Positions 19,276-29,383 of a DNA stretch of 64,000 bases are shown here, piece by piece (within the stretch, counting starts at the first letter, position 1; each line of letters starts with the position of its first letter). The notes below the pieces were generated by a model. The model was not told where the DNA came from. It ran no database searches and saw only the letters and a list, made by a program, of their open reading frames with translations. The position numbers were made by a program, and so were the translations under genes. Origin of the DNA: Candidatus Aenigmatarchaeota archaeon. GTDB taxonomy: Archaea; Aenigmatarchaeota; Aenigmatarchaeia; PWEA01. The stretch lies in NCBI GenBank assembly GCA_046539305.1, contig JBKHHE010000002.1:35928-99927 (forward strand), in the 5' to 3' direction.

Positions 19276-19809
19276 ATGAAAAGAGAAGTCGAGATCCCCG
19301 AGGATGTTGAAATCAAGTTAGAAGGTAAAAGGGTCAGAATCAAGAGTGGGGATGAAGAGGTAGTAAAGAAGCTTGACCACCCCCTCCTGGATCTGGAGGT
19401 CGAGGACGACAGAATTATTATAAAGTCTTTAAAGGAAAACAAGAAGGTTGACAGCGTGTCCAGAACATTCAAGTCTAAGATAAAGAACGCGATAAAGGGG
19501 GTCCACGAAGGATTCGATTACAGGCTCAAGGTTATATACAGGCATTTCCCGATGGAAGTAAGTGTGAAAGGGGACAGGCTGGTGGTATCCAACTTCCTGG
19601 GTGAGAAGGCGGACAGGGAAGCCGAGATACTAGAGGGTGTGAATGTACAGGTAGAGGACGGAGAAATACTTGTCAGAGGTGCCGACAAGGAAAGGGTGGG
19701 CCAGACTGCCGCCAACATTGAAGGAAGGATGCAGGCACCCTCGGCCAAGGATAGGAGGGTGTTTGAGGACGGTATATATATAGTCGAAAAACCCGAAATG
19801 GAGGGCTAG
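19276..19809 (+). CDS. rpl6: 50S ribosomal protein L6
   Basis: L6 homology. Confidence 0.9.
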   Translation: MKREVEIPEDVEIKLEGKRVRIKSGDEEVVKKLDHPLLDLEVEDDRIIIKSLKENKKVDSVSRTFKSKIKNAIKGVHEGFDYRLKVIYRHFPMEVSVKGDRLVVSNFLGEKADREAEILEGVNVQVEDGEILVRGADKERVGQTAANIEGRMQAPSAKDRRVFEDGIYIVEKPEMEG

Positions 19810-19812
19810 ACC

Positions 19813-20127
19813 ATGTCAAAAGACAAGTTCAAAAGACAGAACTCGACCAGAAAGGTAAAGGACTCCTGGAGAAGACCCAAGGGCCACCATTCGTCCCTTA
19901 GAAAGGGTATAAAGGGGGCCGGAAAGAAACCTTCTCCGGGCTACGGTTCACCTGATAAAGGTATGCACCCTTCGGGATATTACGAGGTGCTCGTGAGGAA
20001 CCCGGATGATCTCGATAAAATAGATCAGGAGAAGGAAGCCGCAAGGATAAGCTCGAGGGTTGGAGAGAAGAAAAAAGAAAAGATAAGAGAAAAAGCAGAG
20101 GAAATGGATATAAAAGTTTTGAACTGA
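19813..20127 (+). CDS. rpl32e: 50S ribosomal protein L32e
   Basis: L32e homology. Confidence 0.85.
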   Translation: MSKDKFKRQNSTRKVKDSWRRPKGHHSSLRKGIKGAGKKPSPGYGSPDKGMHPSGYYEVLVRNPDDLDKIDQEKEAARISSRVGEKKKEKIREKAEEMDIKVLN

Positions 20128-20136
20128 GGTTTAAAG

Positions 20137-20298
20137 ATGTTCCTGAGATTTGACGAAAAGAAATGCCCGATCTGTGGAACCGTGGGCAAGGACTCCAGTA
20201 TAAAGGAGCTAAACCAGTGCCCAAGATGTGGTACAAGGTTCAATCAGTTCGGAATCATAGCCTCTTACAAAAAGGACAGAAAGCTCCAATGGACTTGA
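20137..20298 (+). CDS. Small zinc-ribbon protein, 53 aa, inserted between L32e and L19e
   Basis: Hand translation MFLRFDEKKCPICGTVGKDSSIKELNQCPRCGTRFNQFGIIASYKKDRKLQWT; it fills the gap exactly. Confidence 0.4.
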   Translation: MFLRFDEKKCPICGTVGKDSSIKELNQCPRCGTRFNQFGIIASYKKDRKLQWT

Positions 20299-20299
20299 G

Positions 20300-20764
20300 G
20301 TGGAAATGATGGATCTTTCAACTCAAAAAGAGATGGCAGCCGACGTCCTGAGTTGCGGAAAGAACAAAGTCTGGATAAACCCGGAAAGACAGGATGACGT
20401 AGCCGACGCGATAACAAAGGCAGACGTAAGGAGACTTATACAGAAGGGAGCGATAAAAAAGAAGTCAACGGACGGACAGTCACGAGGAAGGGTAAGAAAC
20501 AAAAAAATACAGGAGGAGAAAGGGAGAAGAAGCGGGCACGGGTCCAAAAAAGGAAATAATCAAACTGAGAAGAAGAAATGGATGTCCAAAGTGAGGGCCC
20601 AGAGAAAGCTGCTCAAGGAACTGCGGGACAAAGGTGATATAGATAGCTCCACTTACAGGGACCTTTATCAAAAGTCCAAGGGTGGAAGGTTTAATTCAAA
20701 AAAGCACCTCATGGAATATATGAAAAAGGGAGGCCTGATTGAAAAAGGTGATGAAATTGAGTAA
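20300..20764 (+). CDS. rpl19e: 50S ribosomal protein L19e
   Basis: L19e homology. Confidence 0.88.
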   Translation: MEMMDLSTQKEMAADVLSCGKNKVWINPERQDDVADAITKADVRRLIQKGAIKKKSTDGQSRGRVRNKKIQEEKGRRSGHGSKKGNNQTEKKKWMSKVRAQRKLLKELRDKGDIDSSTYRDLYQKSKGGRFNSKKHLMEYMKKGGLIEKGDEIE

Positions 20765-21326
20765 GGGAACAGGAAAGAAGAGAAGAAGGGAGAAAAAAAC
20801 TGACTACCGCCAGAGACTGAAGCTTCTGAAAAGCGAGGTGCCCAGGCTTGTAGTGAGGAAGAGCCTCAACAATACTATAGTCCAGCTGGTAAAATGGAAT
20901 GAAGACGGTGATAAGGTAATAGCCCAGGCGGAGGCACAGGAGCTGCCTAACTTGGGGTGGAAGGGCCACACGGGCAATATACCCGCTGCATACCTTGCCG
21001 GGCATCTTCTCGGCGAAAGGGCCGAAGAGAAAGGTGTAAAGGAATGTGTGCTGGACTTGGGCCTCCAGGAAAGCACGCAAGGTAACAGGATATATGCCGC
21101 CGCAAAAGGTGCCAGGGATGCGAATCTTGTGGTTCCGGTGGGTGAAGAGATGCTACCCCCGGAAAGCAGGGTAAGGGGGAAACACATAGAGGAATACGCA
21201 TCGGGGATGTCTTCCGATGAAAAAAAGGAACATTTTTCAAGTCTGATGGAAAGGGGTCTAGACCCGGAAAATCTTTCCGATAACTTTCAAGGAGTAAAGA
21301 AGAAAATAGAAAAGGAAGGTGAATGA
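20739..21326 (+). CDS. rpl18: 50S ribosomal protein L18 (L5e family)
   Basis: L18 homology (RLVVRKSLNNTIVQL). Confidence 0.88.
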   Translation: MKKVMKLSKGTGKKRRREKKTDYRQRLKLLKSEVPRLVVRKSLNNTIVQLVKWNEDGDKVIAQAEAQELPNLGWKGHTGNIPAAYLAGHLLGERAEEKGVKECVLDLGLQESTQGNRIYAAAKGARDANLVVPVGEEMLPPESRVRGKHIEEYASGMSSDEKKEHFSSLMERGLDPENLSDNFQGVKKKIEKEGE

Positions 21327-22035
21327 AATGGCCGAAGAACAGACGAAGGATTGGACACCACATACCGAACTGGGAAAGGAAGTGGTTGACGGTAAGATAA
21401 CGTCAGTAGAGGAGATCTTCGAGCAGGGAAAGAAAATAATGGAACCCGAAATAGTAGATCTCCTCGTTCCCAACCTGGACCATGAGCTGATCCTCATAGG
21501 AGGTTCTCCTGGGAAAGGAGGTGGAATGAGAAGGACGCCGGCGAAGAGAACCGCGAAAATGCACAAAAGCGGGCGGAAATACAAGATGACAGCCTTTGCC
21601 GTCGTAGGCAACAGTAACGGATATGTAGGAGTTGGTGAAGGGCAGGCCACCGGATCTGGCGCTTTCAGAACCGCAATACAGAAGGCAATAAAAAATGCGA
21701 AGCTTAATATCATACCGGTGCGCAGGGGATGTGGTTCGTGGGAGTGCGAGTGCGCCTCCCCCCATTCTCTGCCCACAGAAATAGAGGGCAGCGAGGGTAG
21801 TATTAGGGTAGTTCTAAAACCGGCCCCAAGAGGTGTGGGCCTGGTGGTATCTGATGAAGTCAAGAAATTTATGAAGCTGGCCGGTGTCGAAGACTGCTGG
21901 ATAAAGACATTCGGCGAGACGAGAACAAGAACAAATCTGATAAAGGCCGTTTACAACGCATTCAACAACCTCAACCACCTCAGGATGGAAGAAGATTTCA
22001 AAGAAAAAACAGGAACGGTAATGGGTGAGATCTGA
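21319..22035 (+). CDS. rps5: 30S ribosomal protein S5
   Basis: S5 homology. Confidence 0.9.
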   Translation: MNEMAEEQTKDWTPHTELGKEVVDGKITSVEEIFEQGKKIMEPEIVDLLVPNLDHELILIGGSPGKGGGMRRTPAKRTAKMHKSGRKYKMTAFAVVGNSNGYVGVGEGQATGSGAFRTAIQKAIKNAKLNIIPVRRGCGSWECECASPHSLPTEIEGSEGSIRVVLKPAPRGVGLVVSDEVKKFMKLAGVEDCWIKTFGETRTRTNLIKAVYNAFNNLNHLRMEEDFKEKTGTVMGEI

Positions 22036-22436
22036 TGTATGCTGTAGTTCGTCTACGCGGAAAGGTTGGGGTCCGAGATGAGTTTGAGGACACCCTGAGA
22101 ATGCTCAATCTGAAAGACAAGTTCGCCTGTACTTTCCTTCCCGAGACAAAGGACTATGAAGGGATGCTGAAAAAGGTCAAAAACTTCGTGACTTGGGGAG
22201 AGGTTGACAAAGAGACTGCAGAAGAAATTATAAACAAGAAAGGTGACATGGAAAACGCGGAGGAAGTAATAGAAATTCTGGAAAAGGATAGGAACTTGTC
22301 GGAAATGGAGAGAAGAAGTTTTCCACTCTCTCCGCCTTCGGGTGGATTTAAAAAACCAACAAACAAGCTTCACCCCAATGGAGAAGCCGGATACAGAGGC
22401 GAAGAAATAATCCCGCTTCTCAAAAACATGGTGTGA
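22035..22436 (+). CDS. rpl30: 50S ribosomal protein L30
   Basis: L30 homology. Confidence 0.85.
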   Translation: MYAVVRLRGKVGVRDEFEDTLRMLNLKDKFACTFLPETKDYEGMLKKVKNFVTWGEVDKETAEEIINKKGDMENAEEVIEILEKDRNLSEMERRSFPLSPPSGGFKKPTNKLHPNGEAGYRGEEIIPLLKNMV

Positions 22437-22439
22437 AAA

Positions 22440-22856
22440 ATGACTGATAAGAAAAAATACAGAGGTTCCGGCACCCATGGTGGTGGATCCAAGAAAAAGA
22501 GGCGGGGAGCGGGCTCCCATGGCGGTAGAGGAAGGGATGGTGAGAAGCACAGGAAGTTCAAATACATAAAGGAGGGCGACGAAGAAAGGGGCTTCAAGAG
22601 ACCCGAGAACGTAATTGACAAGAAGAGAACCATAAACCTGTCCAAGCTGGACATGAGGGTGGAAGAGCTTCTCGAAAAAGATGTGGCAGAAGAAACCGAT
22701 GATGGTATTGAAATAGATATCTCCGAAATTGGATACGACAAGCTTCTGGGCTCCGGTAAAGTTACGAGGAAACTCAATGTAAAGGCCAAGGAATTCTCCG
22801 AAAAGGCAAAACAAAAACTAGAGGAAGCAGGGGGAAGCGCAATTGAACTACCGTGA
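22440..22856 (+). CDS. rpl15: 50S ribosomal protein L15
   Basis: L15 homology (glycine/basic N-terminus). Confidence 0.88.
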   Translation: MTDKKKYRGSGTHGGGSKKKRRGAGSHGGRGRDGEKHRKFKYIKEGDEERGFKRPENVIDKKRTINLSKLDMRVEELLEKDVAEETDDGIEIDISEIGYDKLLGSGKVTRKLNVKAKEFSEKAKQKLEEAGGSAIELP

Positions 22857-24216
22857 CCTACTTGGAATCGCCCCGGGAATTGAAGGTCCCAAGAAAAGGC
22901 TCAACTTCAACGACAAGCTCAAGTGGACAGGAATAATAGTCATTATATACTTCGTAATGGGCCAGATCACGGTATGGGGTGTCTCGTCAGCCGGCATGGA
23001 AAGGTTCGAATTCCTTCAAACTGTAGTCGCCTCCGACTTCGGTTCTCTTATCACTCTTGGTATTGTTCCTATAGTCAACGCATCTATCATACTACAGCTT
23101 CTCACGGGAAGTGAAATACTTCAGTGGGATACCAATACTCCGGAGGGCAAAAAGCTGTTCATGGGAACACAGAAGCTTCTGGCTATAGTTTTCTGCGTGG
23201 TCCAGGCCATAGCCTTCGTATCCTTCGGTGCAGTCCCTGCACAGCAGGGAATGACAGCAGTGGTAATAACCCAGATAGCCGCGGGTGGGATACTAATCGT
23301 CCTGATGGACGAAGTTATATCCAAATGGGGCTTCGGCTCCGGTGTTTCACTTTTCATAGCCTCAGGTGTATCCATGCAAATAATTGTAGGGCTTTTCAAT
23401 CCGATAGAAAAGGCAGGAAAGATTCCTGCGCTTATAGATGCACTGCTACTTGGAAGCCTGCCCGAAGCCGGAGGTGCACTGATACCTATAATCTTTACAG
23501 TGCTCGTGTTCTTACTTGTCATCTACCTCAACTCGATGAAGGTGGAAATACCACTAGCCTTCGGCCAGGTCAAGGGCTTCGGTCAGAGGTATCCGCTCAA
23601 CTTCCTGTACACGAGCGTTATCCCGATAATCTTCACCCACGCACTCCTCGCGAATCTAAATATAATGGGTCAGATGCTTGCGGACAAGGGGACGCCGCTA
23701 TTGGGCACCTTCGGTGAGGGAGGAATCCCAGAGTCGGGGCTTTTATACTGGATATATAGCCCACAGGCCGCTGCACCCAGAGACGGTCTCCTCACTGAGA
23801 TGGTAGTTTCAAGGATAACAGAGGCATCACTACCTGAAATAACGATCGCATGGTTCCCATATGCAGCTACAGTGTGCGCTCTCACGATAATCTTCTCTGT
23901 GTTCTGGTCCAAAACCTCCGGACAGGATGCGGGCACAGTGGCGGAGCGAATACATGATATGGGCATGTCCGTCCCAGGCTACAGGCGCGACAAGAGGATA
24001 ATCAAGAGGATACTGGACCGTTACATACCTTACCTCGCAGTTCTATCTGGATTTTTCATAGGCCTGTTGTCCGTTCTGGCGGACTTCGTGGGAGCCGTTG
24101 GTGGGGGTATAGGTATCCTCCTGGCCACGATGATAATATACAGGCTATACGAGGAGCTTGCGCAGCAGCACATGGAGGATATGCATCCTGCACTGCGCCA
24201 GTTCATGGGCAAATAG
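22843..24216 (+). CDS. secY: Preprotein translocase subunit SecY
   Basis: 10-TM SecY homology at the end of the ribosomal operon. Confidence 0.93.
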   Translation: MNYRDLLGIAPGIEGPKKRLNFNDKLKWTGIIVIIYFVMGQITVWGVSSAGMERFEFLQTVVASDFGSLITLGIVPIVNASIILQLLTGSEILQWDTNTPEGKKLFMGTQKLLAIVFCVVQAIAFVSFGAVPAQQGMTAVVITQIAAGGILIVLMDEVISKWGFGSGVSLFIASGVSMQIIVGLFNPIEKAGKIPALIDALLLGSLPEAGGALIPIIFTVLVFLLVIYLNSMKVEIPLAFGQVKGFGQRYPLNFLYTSVIPIIFTHALLANLNIMGQMLADKGTPLLGTFGEGGIPESGLLYWIYSPQAAAPRDGLLTEMVVSRITEASLPEITIAWFPYAATVCALTIIFSVFWSKTSGQDAGTVAERIHDMGMSVPGYRRDKRIIKRILDRYIPYLAVLSGFFIGLLSVLADFVGAVGGGIGILLATMIIYRLYEELAQQHMEDMHPALRQFMGK

Positions 24217-24249
24217 ATTTTTAACGGTCGAGAACAATTTTGTAGAAAG

Positions 24250-24885
24250 GTGAAACAAATGGTGCTGGAAAACGCTCTGTACGGTGTATTCATCATAGCT
24301 GTAGGTGTGAGTTTTCTGACCTCACTGTTTTACAAAATTCTAATGGATCAGAAAGATGTAAAGAAGATAAAGGAGAAGATGAGCGAGCTTCAAGAGAAGT
24401 CGAAGGAAGCAAGGGAGGAAGGTAATGAGGAGAAGGCTATGGAATACCAGCAGGAGGTCATGAGTCACACCACGGAGCAAATGAAGATGCAGTTCAAGCC
24501 CATGATCGCCACCTTTATAGTAATAATACCTATATTTACCTTCCTGTTTCCTAGCCTTTACCCTGCGGCGACGGTCAACCTGGATGAAACGGACACACTA
24601 ACCTATGAGGGAACCAACTGGACCGTATCCTTGAACTCCGAGGATCCCCTGGAAATAAATATTGACGGAGAGACCTACTCTGAGGATGAAATAATTCAAA
24701 TTGATGGGCACGAGTTTAAAGTTGACAGCTACGAGGAAGGAAAGCTCAAAATGTCTAGGGTGGCTGCAAAACTTCCTCTTTCCCTGCCCTACGTAGGCAG
24801 CACGCTGGGATGGCTTGGGTGGTACATACTCGTGACCCTAGGATTTTCTCAGATCCTTAGAAAGTTGATGGGAGCAAGACCATGA
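24250..24885 (+). CDS. DUF106/EMC3-like membrane protein (putative archaeal Oxa1/YidC-like insertase) with an inserted soluble domain
   Basis: TM-coiled coil-TM architecture; conserved position after secY. Confidence 0.5.
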   Translation: MKQMVLENALYGVFIIAVGVSFLTSLFYKILMDQKDVKKIKEKMSELQEKSKEAREEGNEEKAMEYQQEVMSHTTEQMKMQFKPMIATFIVIIPIFTFLFPSLYPAATVNLDETDTLTYEGTNWTVSLNSEDPLEINIDGETYSEDEIIQIDGHEFKVDSYEEGKLKMSRVAAKLPLSLPYVGSTLGWLGWYILVTLGFSQILRKLMGARP

Positions 24886-25841
24886 AGCGTGAGTTTCAGT
24901 TCAAGGAGGCAGTTCTTTCTGACCCGAGCTACGGGAAATACCCCGGAGCACATACCATGGAAGAGGTTACGGAAAGGGGCATCGTGGTTCTCGACAAACC
25001 TGAGGGTCCAACCTCCCATCAAGCCACGGGCTGGGTGAAAGACATACTTGGCCTGAGCAAGGCCGGTCATTCAGGAACTCTGGATCCCAGGGCCACGGGC
25101 GTCCTTCTCATCGCGCTCGGAAAGGCCACGAAGACTATGCCTGTACTGAGTAACCTGGACAAGGAGTACGTTTCCCTGGTGATGCTGCACGGAGAGGTGA
25201 GCGACGGCGAGTTGGAGACGGCTCTTGAACAGTTCAGAGGCAAGATAAAGCAAACTCCTCCGAAGAAGTCAGCCGTGAAGAGGGAAGAGAGGGTCAGGGA
25301 AGTGAAGGAGCTGGAACTTCTGGAGAGAGGGGAGAATAAAATTTTGCTTAGGGTAAAATGTGAGGCAGGGACCTACATAAGGAAGCTCGCGCACGACCTC
25401 GGCGAGGAGCTTGGATGTGGCGCGCATATGAAAGAGCTCAGGAGGACGGCCGTGGGCCCCTTTGACGAGGAGGAAGCGGTGAAACTCCAAACACTGAAGG
25501 ACGACCGTGTTTTCTACGAGGAGGGGGAAAACGAAAATATAAGGGGTGATATTCTACCCCTGGAGATGGTCGCCGACGTTTCAAGCTGTATCGTGGTAAA
25601 GGACACGGCCGTGGAAGCACTCTGCAACGGAGCGGACCTGGGCGTGGGGGGTATCTCGGCTGTGGAGAGGAGCCTGAATAAGGGGGATAAGGTTTCGTTG
25701 CTCACAGGCAAGGGCGAGCTAGTCGCGATAGGCAAGGCAGAGATGGGCCCGAAGGATATCTACGAAAGCAACAGGGGAAAGGCGGTCTCGTTGATAAATG
25801 TGCTAATGGAGAGAGGGACCTATCCGAAGGCGTGGAAATAG
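24882..25841 (+). CDS. cbf5: tRNA/rRNA pseudouridine synthase Cbf5 (TruB family, PUA domain)
   Basis: VLDKPEGPTSH...HSGTLDP catalytic motif; archaeal Cbf5 N-terminal extension. Confidence 0.9.
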   Translation: MKREFQFKEAVLSDPSYGKYPGAHTMEEVTERGIVVLDKPEGPTSHQATGWVKDILGLSKAGHSGTLDPRATGVLLIALGKATKTMPVLSNLDKEYVSLVMLHGEVSDGELETALEQFRGKIKQTPPKKSAVKREERVREVKELELLERGENKILLRVKCEAGTYIRKLAHDLGEELGCGAHMKELRRTAVGPFDEEEAVKLQTLKDDRVFYEEGENENIRGDILPLEMVADVSSCIVVKDTAVEALCNGADLGVGGISAVERSLNKGDKVSLLTGKGELVAIGKAEMGPKDIYESNRGKAVSLINVLMERGTYPKAWK

Positions 25842-25878
25842 TCGAGATATTTAAATCTTAATCAAAATTTCTAAAATA

Positions 25879-26481
25879 ATGAGTTATGCAACAGTCCTGG
25901 AAAGTTACAGGAACCAAGGGTTAGAAGAAGCTGTAGAAAACCTTGACGAACTGCCGGAAACCGAGAAGAAAGCGGCTGCAAATCAACTCTTTGGAGAACT
26001 TGAGGACTACAAAGAAGGTAGAAAACTTCTCGAGAAAGTCAAAGAGGAGGTCGAATACAACCCTTTCACGGAGATCGAAAGGCTTGTTAGAGAAGTGTAC
26101 AGTGAAGTAGCAAAAGGAAAGAACCCGGAGAGGAAAAAGGGTGAAATTGTTGCCCTTGCACAGGGTGCAAAGAAGAAACTAGGAGATGATTTCAAGAGAA
26201 CTGTCGAACATGAGAATCCAGAACCGCTGAAACTTAAATCTAGCACGAAGGAGTTCGGAAAGCTCATAAAAGAATATTTAGAAAATGCAGAACCTTACGA
26301 GGAAAATAAAAGTTTGGAAGGTTTCTTTAGAGATTCCTACCACAACATGAGAAAAGTATTAACAGAAGTCAAAGAATCGAAGATAGACGCCATCTTTGAC
26401 CTGGACATGAAGGACCAGGCAGAACTTCTCAACGCAAGGGAAAGGACTCCTAAACCATCTCTCCGAAGTTCCCAAGAATAA
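25879..26481 (+). CDS. Hypothetical E/K-rich protein
   Basis: ORF only. Confidence 0.35.
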   Translation: MSYATVLESYRNQGLEEAVENLDELPETEKKAAANQLFGELEDYKEGRKLLEKVKEEVEYNPFTEIERLVREVYSEVAKGKNPERKKGEIVALAQGAKKKLGDDFKRTVEHENPEPLKLKSSTKEFGKLIKEYLENAEPYEENKSLEGFFRDSYHNMRKVLTEVKESKIDAIFDLDMKDQAELLNARERTPKPSLRSSQE

Positions 26482-26484
26482 TTT

Positions 26485-26757
26485 TCACACTTTCAGTTTC
26501 TTGAGTTTGGGAATTATCTTCCTGTAGGTGAGGAGAAACAAGTAAGCTATAACCGTCGCTGCTACGGCGACTATAAAGTCGACGACTATCTGCATGCTAG
26601 CACCGAAGAGTAATGCGAAAGAGCCCTGAAGTGCTGTCCTCAGAAACTCGGCCCAGAAGACCGCGACCGTGACTATCACAGCGAACTTGAGGTTCTTGGG
26701 CACGGTCCGGCCCACATCGACTATAGGTTTTTCTTTTCTTTGGCCATAGGTTAACAT
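26485..26757 (-). CDS. Small membrane protein, 2 TM
   Basis: ORF with two hydrophobic helices. Confidence 0.4.
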   Translation of the reverse strand: MLTYGQRKEKPIVDVGRTVPKNLKFAVIVTVAVFWAEFLRTALQGSFALLFGASMQIVVDFIVAVAATVIAYLFLLTYRKIIPKLKKLKV

Positions 26758-26763
26758 TGGGAT

Positions 26764-27012
26764 TTGGGATTAAAAACTGTAAGGCGGCAAAAAATGCCGC
26801 AAAGTTTAAAAAGGTTAGGAGGCATAAGAGTTGTGATGTCTTCCGCGGGAACGGTGCAGGAACTTATGGATGTGCTCGCCTGCCCCAAGTGCAAGGGCGA
26901 GGTTAAACTTAATAAGGACGAAAATAAGATAGTTTGTCACGACTGCCGGCTCAAGTTTTCGGTGGAAGAGGGCATTCCAAACATGCTCCTGGAGGAAGCG
27001 GAGAGGTTTTAA
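26764..27012 (+). CDS. Trm112-like zinc-ribbon protein (methyltransferase activator family)
   Basis: LACPKCKGEV...IVCHDCRLKFSVEEGIPNML matches the Trm112/DUF343 pattern; likely true start at internal Met (MSSAG). Confidence 0.65.
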   Translation: MGLKTVRRQKMPQSLKRLGGIRVVMSSAGTVQELMDVLACPKCKGEVKLNKDENKIVCHDCRLKFSVEEGIPNMLLEEAERF

Positions 27013-27035
27013 ATATAGGCGTGGTCTATACCACG

Positions 27036-27241
27036 GCCGGGGTAGCGAAGCCAGGTTCAACGCGCCGGATTTGAGACCGGATTTGTTGACGTGAGGATGA
27101 CAAAAGGTTTGCAAGAAATCCGGTGGGCCGTGTAGGACCTGCAGCCGCGGAAGCCCGCGTGGGTTCAAAAGAAAACCCTTTCAAAAAGTGTTTTCATTCC
27201 CAAAGGAGAAGGGGTTTCGGGAAGTCCCACCCCCGGCGCCA
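27036..27241 (+). tRNA. tRNA-Ser (anticodon TGA) with about a 42-nt intron at 37/38, an expanded variable arm and about a 56-nt insertion in the T-loop. CCA is encoded
   Basis: Acceptor GCCGGGG/CCCCGGC; anticodon arm CCGGA-TTTGAG[...]A-TCCGG; T-arm GTGGG-TTCAAA[...]T-CCCAC. Confidence 0.65.
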
Positions 27242-27261
27242 AAACCCGTTGGGAGGCAAGG

Positions 27262-27729
27262 TTGGATATGACAGAAAGGAAGAACATACTGAGGTTGTTC
27301 GAAACGGACATTCCCGGAGAGCTGGAGATAATCAACGGTCTCAGACGGATAAAGGGTATAGGTTTTACCGCTAGCAAGGCGGTGCTGGAAGAGACAGAAA
27401 TAGATCCCCACAAACCCGCAGGAGAAATAAGCGACGAAGAAGTCAATTCACTGAAAGATATCATAAAAAATGGCGGTATTCCGGACTATCTTTTGAATAG
27501 AAAAAAAGATCCTGAAACCGGCAAGGACAGTATGCTCGTAGCCAGTAAACTGGAGATAGAGAAGAGACAAGACATAGACAGGATGAAGAAGCTTGGAAGC
27601 TACAGAGGTATAAGACACAGGCACGGTTTGCCTGTCAGAGGACAGAAAACACAGTCCAGCTTTAGAGGCGAATCATCTGTCGGCGTAGCGACGGAAGAAA
27701 TAAAGGAAGAAAGGAGTGAAGGTGAATAA
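27262..27729 (+). CDS. rps13: 30S ribosomal protein S13, TTG start
   Basis: S13 homology (KKLGSYRGIRHRHGLPVRGQKT). Confidence 0.9.
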   Translation: MDMTERKNILRLFETDIPGELEIINGLRRIKGIGFTASKAVLEETEIDPHKPAGEISDEEVNSLKDIIKNGGIPDYLLNRKKDPETGKDSMLVASKLEIEKRQDIDRMKKLGSYRGIRHRHGLPVRGQKTQSSFRGESSVGVATEEIKEERSEGE

Positions 27730-27730
27730 A

Positions 27731-28210
27731 ATGGGCGATCCGAGAAAACAGAAAAAACAATACGAGAGGCCTCTAATTCCATGGGACGAGAGAAGAATAG
27801 AAAAAGAAAAGGAACTGATGGAGGGGTATGGACTCAAGAGAAAGGAAGAAATACTCAAAGCGGAAAGTTTTCTAAGAAAGCTGAGGAGGAGGGCAAGAAA
27901 TATATCTGCAAGAGGTTCAGAGGAGGAAAGGAAAGACCTCCTGGAAAAATGCAGAAAGATAGGGCTTATAGGTGAAGAGGACGAGGTTGGGCAGATACTT
28001 AGAATAGAGTTGAGGGACGTCTTGGACAGAAGGTTCCAGACCTTGGTAACAAGGATAGATGGCGTGGAGGGACCACAGCACGCCAGACAACTCGTGACCC
28101 ATGGACATGTAAAGGTAGGAGATAAAGAAATGAACTCGCCGTCTTTTTTGGTTCCAAAAAAACTGGAAGACAAGTTAAGCGTCGATAAAAAGGCCCTTGC
28201 AAGTGATTGA
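27731..28210 (+). CDS. rps4: 30S ribosomal protein S4
   Basis: S4 homology ([14 protein letters not shown]...). Confidence 0.9.
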   Translation: MGDPRKQKKQYERPLIPWDERRIEKEKELMEGYGLKRKEEILKAESFLRKLRRRARNISARGSEEERKDLLEKCRKIGLIGEEDEVGQILRIELRDVLDRRFQTLVTRIDGVEGPQHARQLVTHGHVKVGDKEMNSPSFLVPKKLEDKLSVDKKALASD

Positions 28211-28596
28211 CCATGCAAAAAAAAGGTATCGTGCACATCCATTCATCGCAGAACAACACAATAGTACACATCACCGACGTTACCGGAGCGGAGACCATGA
28301 GCAGATACACGGGTGGTATGGTGGTAGATCAGGACAGGGACAAGGGCACACCTTTTGCTGCAATGCAGGCGGCGAGAAAAGCGGCCGAAGAGTCCAAGGA
28401 CAAAGGAATTGAAAAGGTTGATATCAAGGTGAGAGCTCCGGGTGGACACAAATCCAAGAGCCCGGGATCTGGCGCACAGCCCGCAATCCGGGCCATAGCC
28501 AGAACGGGTATGCAAATAGGTAAGATAGAAGATATAACTCCCGTACCGCATGACTCGACCAGGAGACCGGGAGGAAAGAGAGGGAAGAGGGTCTGA
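28207..28596 (+). CDS. rps11: 30S ribosomal protein S11
   Basis: S11 homology. Confidence 0.9.
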   Translation: MTMQKKGIVHIHSSQNNTIVHITDVTGAETMSRYTGGMVVDQDRDKGTPFAAMQAARKAAEESKDKGIEKVDIKVRAPGGHKSKSPGSGAQPAIRAIARTGMQIGKIEDITPVPHDSTRRPGGKRGKRV

Positions 28597-28597
28597 T

Positions 28598-29383
28598 ATG
28601 GAGATAAAGAAGATGGAAGAGAAGAATGAAACCCTGAAGGTGCTGGTCAAAGACACGAATCCGGCTATGATGAACGCCCTTAGAAGGATCTCAATGAAAG
28701 GAATCCCTGTGCTCGCAATAGAAGACGTGGCTATTGTGAAGAACAACTCCCTCCTCTTCGACGAGGTAATAGCCCAGCGTCTGGGTCAAGTTCCCCTCGA
28801 TTTTGATCCGGACAAGTTCGAAATGCATGGGGAATGTGACTGTGAAGAAGGCTGCCCGAACTGCGAGGCAGTGTTCTCGTTAAAGGTGGAGGGACCAGGA
28901 AAGGTTTACTCTGGGGATCTTGTCTGTGAGTCAGGCGAAATCGAGCCGTTTTACGATGAAATACCTCTAACGGAGCTGGACGAAAACCAAGAGATTGAGA
29001 TGGAGGCCACGGCTATCCTGTCCACTGGAGAAGATCACTCCAAGCACCAGGCGGCTATCTCCTCATATCAGTATTATCCTATAATAAACGTGGATCAGGA
29101 TGAACTCACCAAAAAGGAGAAAAAGGAAGTAGCCGAGCTTTGTCCCCGTGGTGTGTTCGAAGTAAAGGATGGGAAGCTTGAGGTTACAGAGGAAGCAAGG
29201 TGTACGCTCTGCAGGGAGTGTGTGGAGGCAGTAGGCCCAGAAGGTATCACAGTCGCAGGAGACGATGAGAAGTTCATATTCAAGGTCGAGTCTATATCAG
29301 CGCTTGAACCTGACTGGATTATAAAAAAGACCGCTGAGATACTGGAGGAGAAGGCCGACAAGGTAATAGACAAGCTGGATTAG
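28598..29383 (+). CDS. rpoD: DNA-directed RNA polymerase subunit D
   Basis: RpoD homology with cysteine cluster (CDCEEGCPNC...CTLCREC); conserved position after S11. Confidence 0.88.
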   Translation: MEIKKMEEKNETLKVLVKDTNPAMMNALRRISMKGIPVLAIEDVAIVKNNSLLFDEVIAQRLGQVPLDFDPDKFEMHGECDCEEGCPNCEAVFSLKVEGPGKVYSGDLVCESGEIEPFYDEIPLTELDENQEIEMEATAILSTGEDHSKHQAAISSYQYYPIINVDQDELTKKEKKEVAELCPRGVFEVKDGKLEVTEEARCTLCRECVEAVGPEGITVAGDDEKFIFKVESISALEPDWIIKKTAEILEEKADKVIDKLD

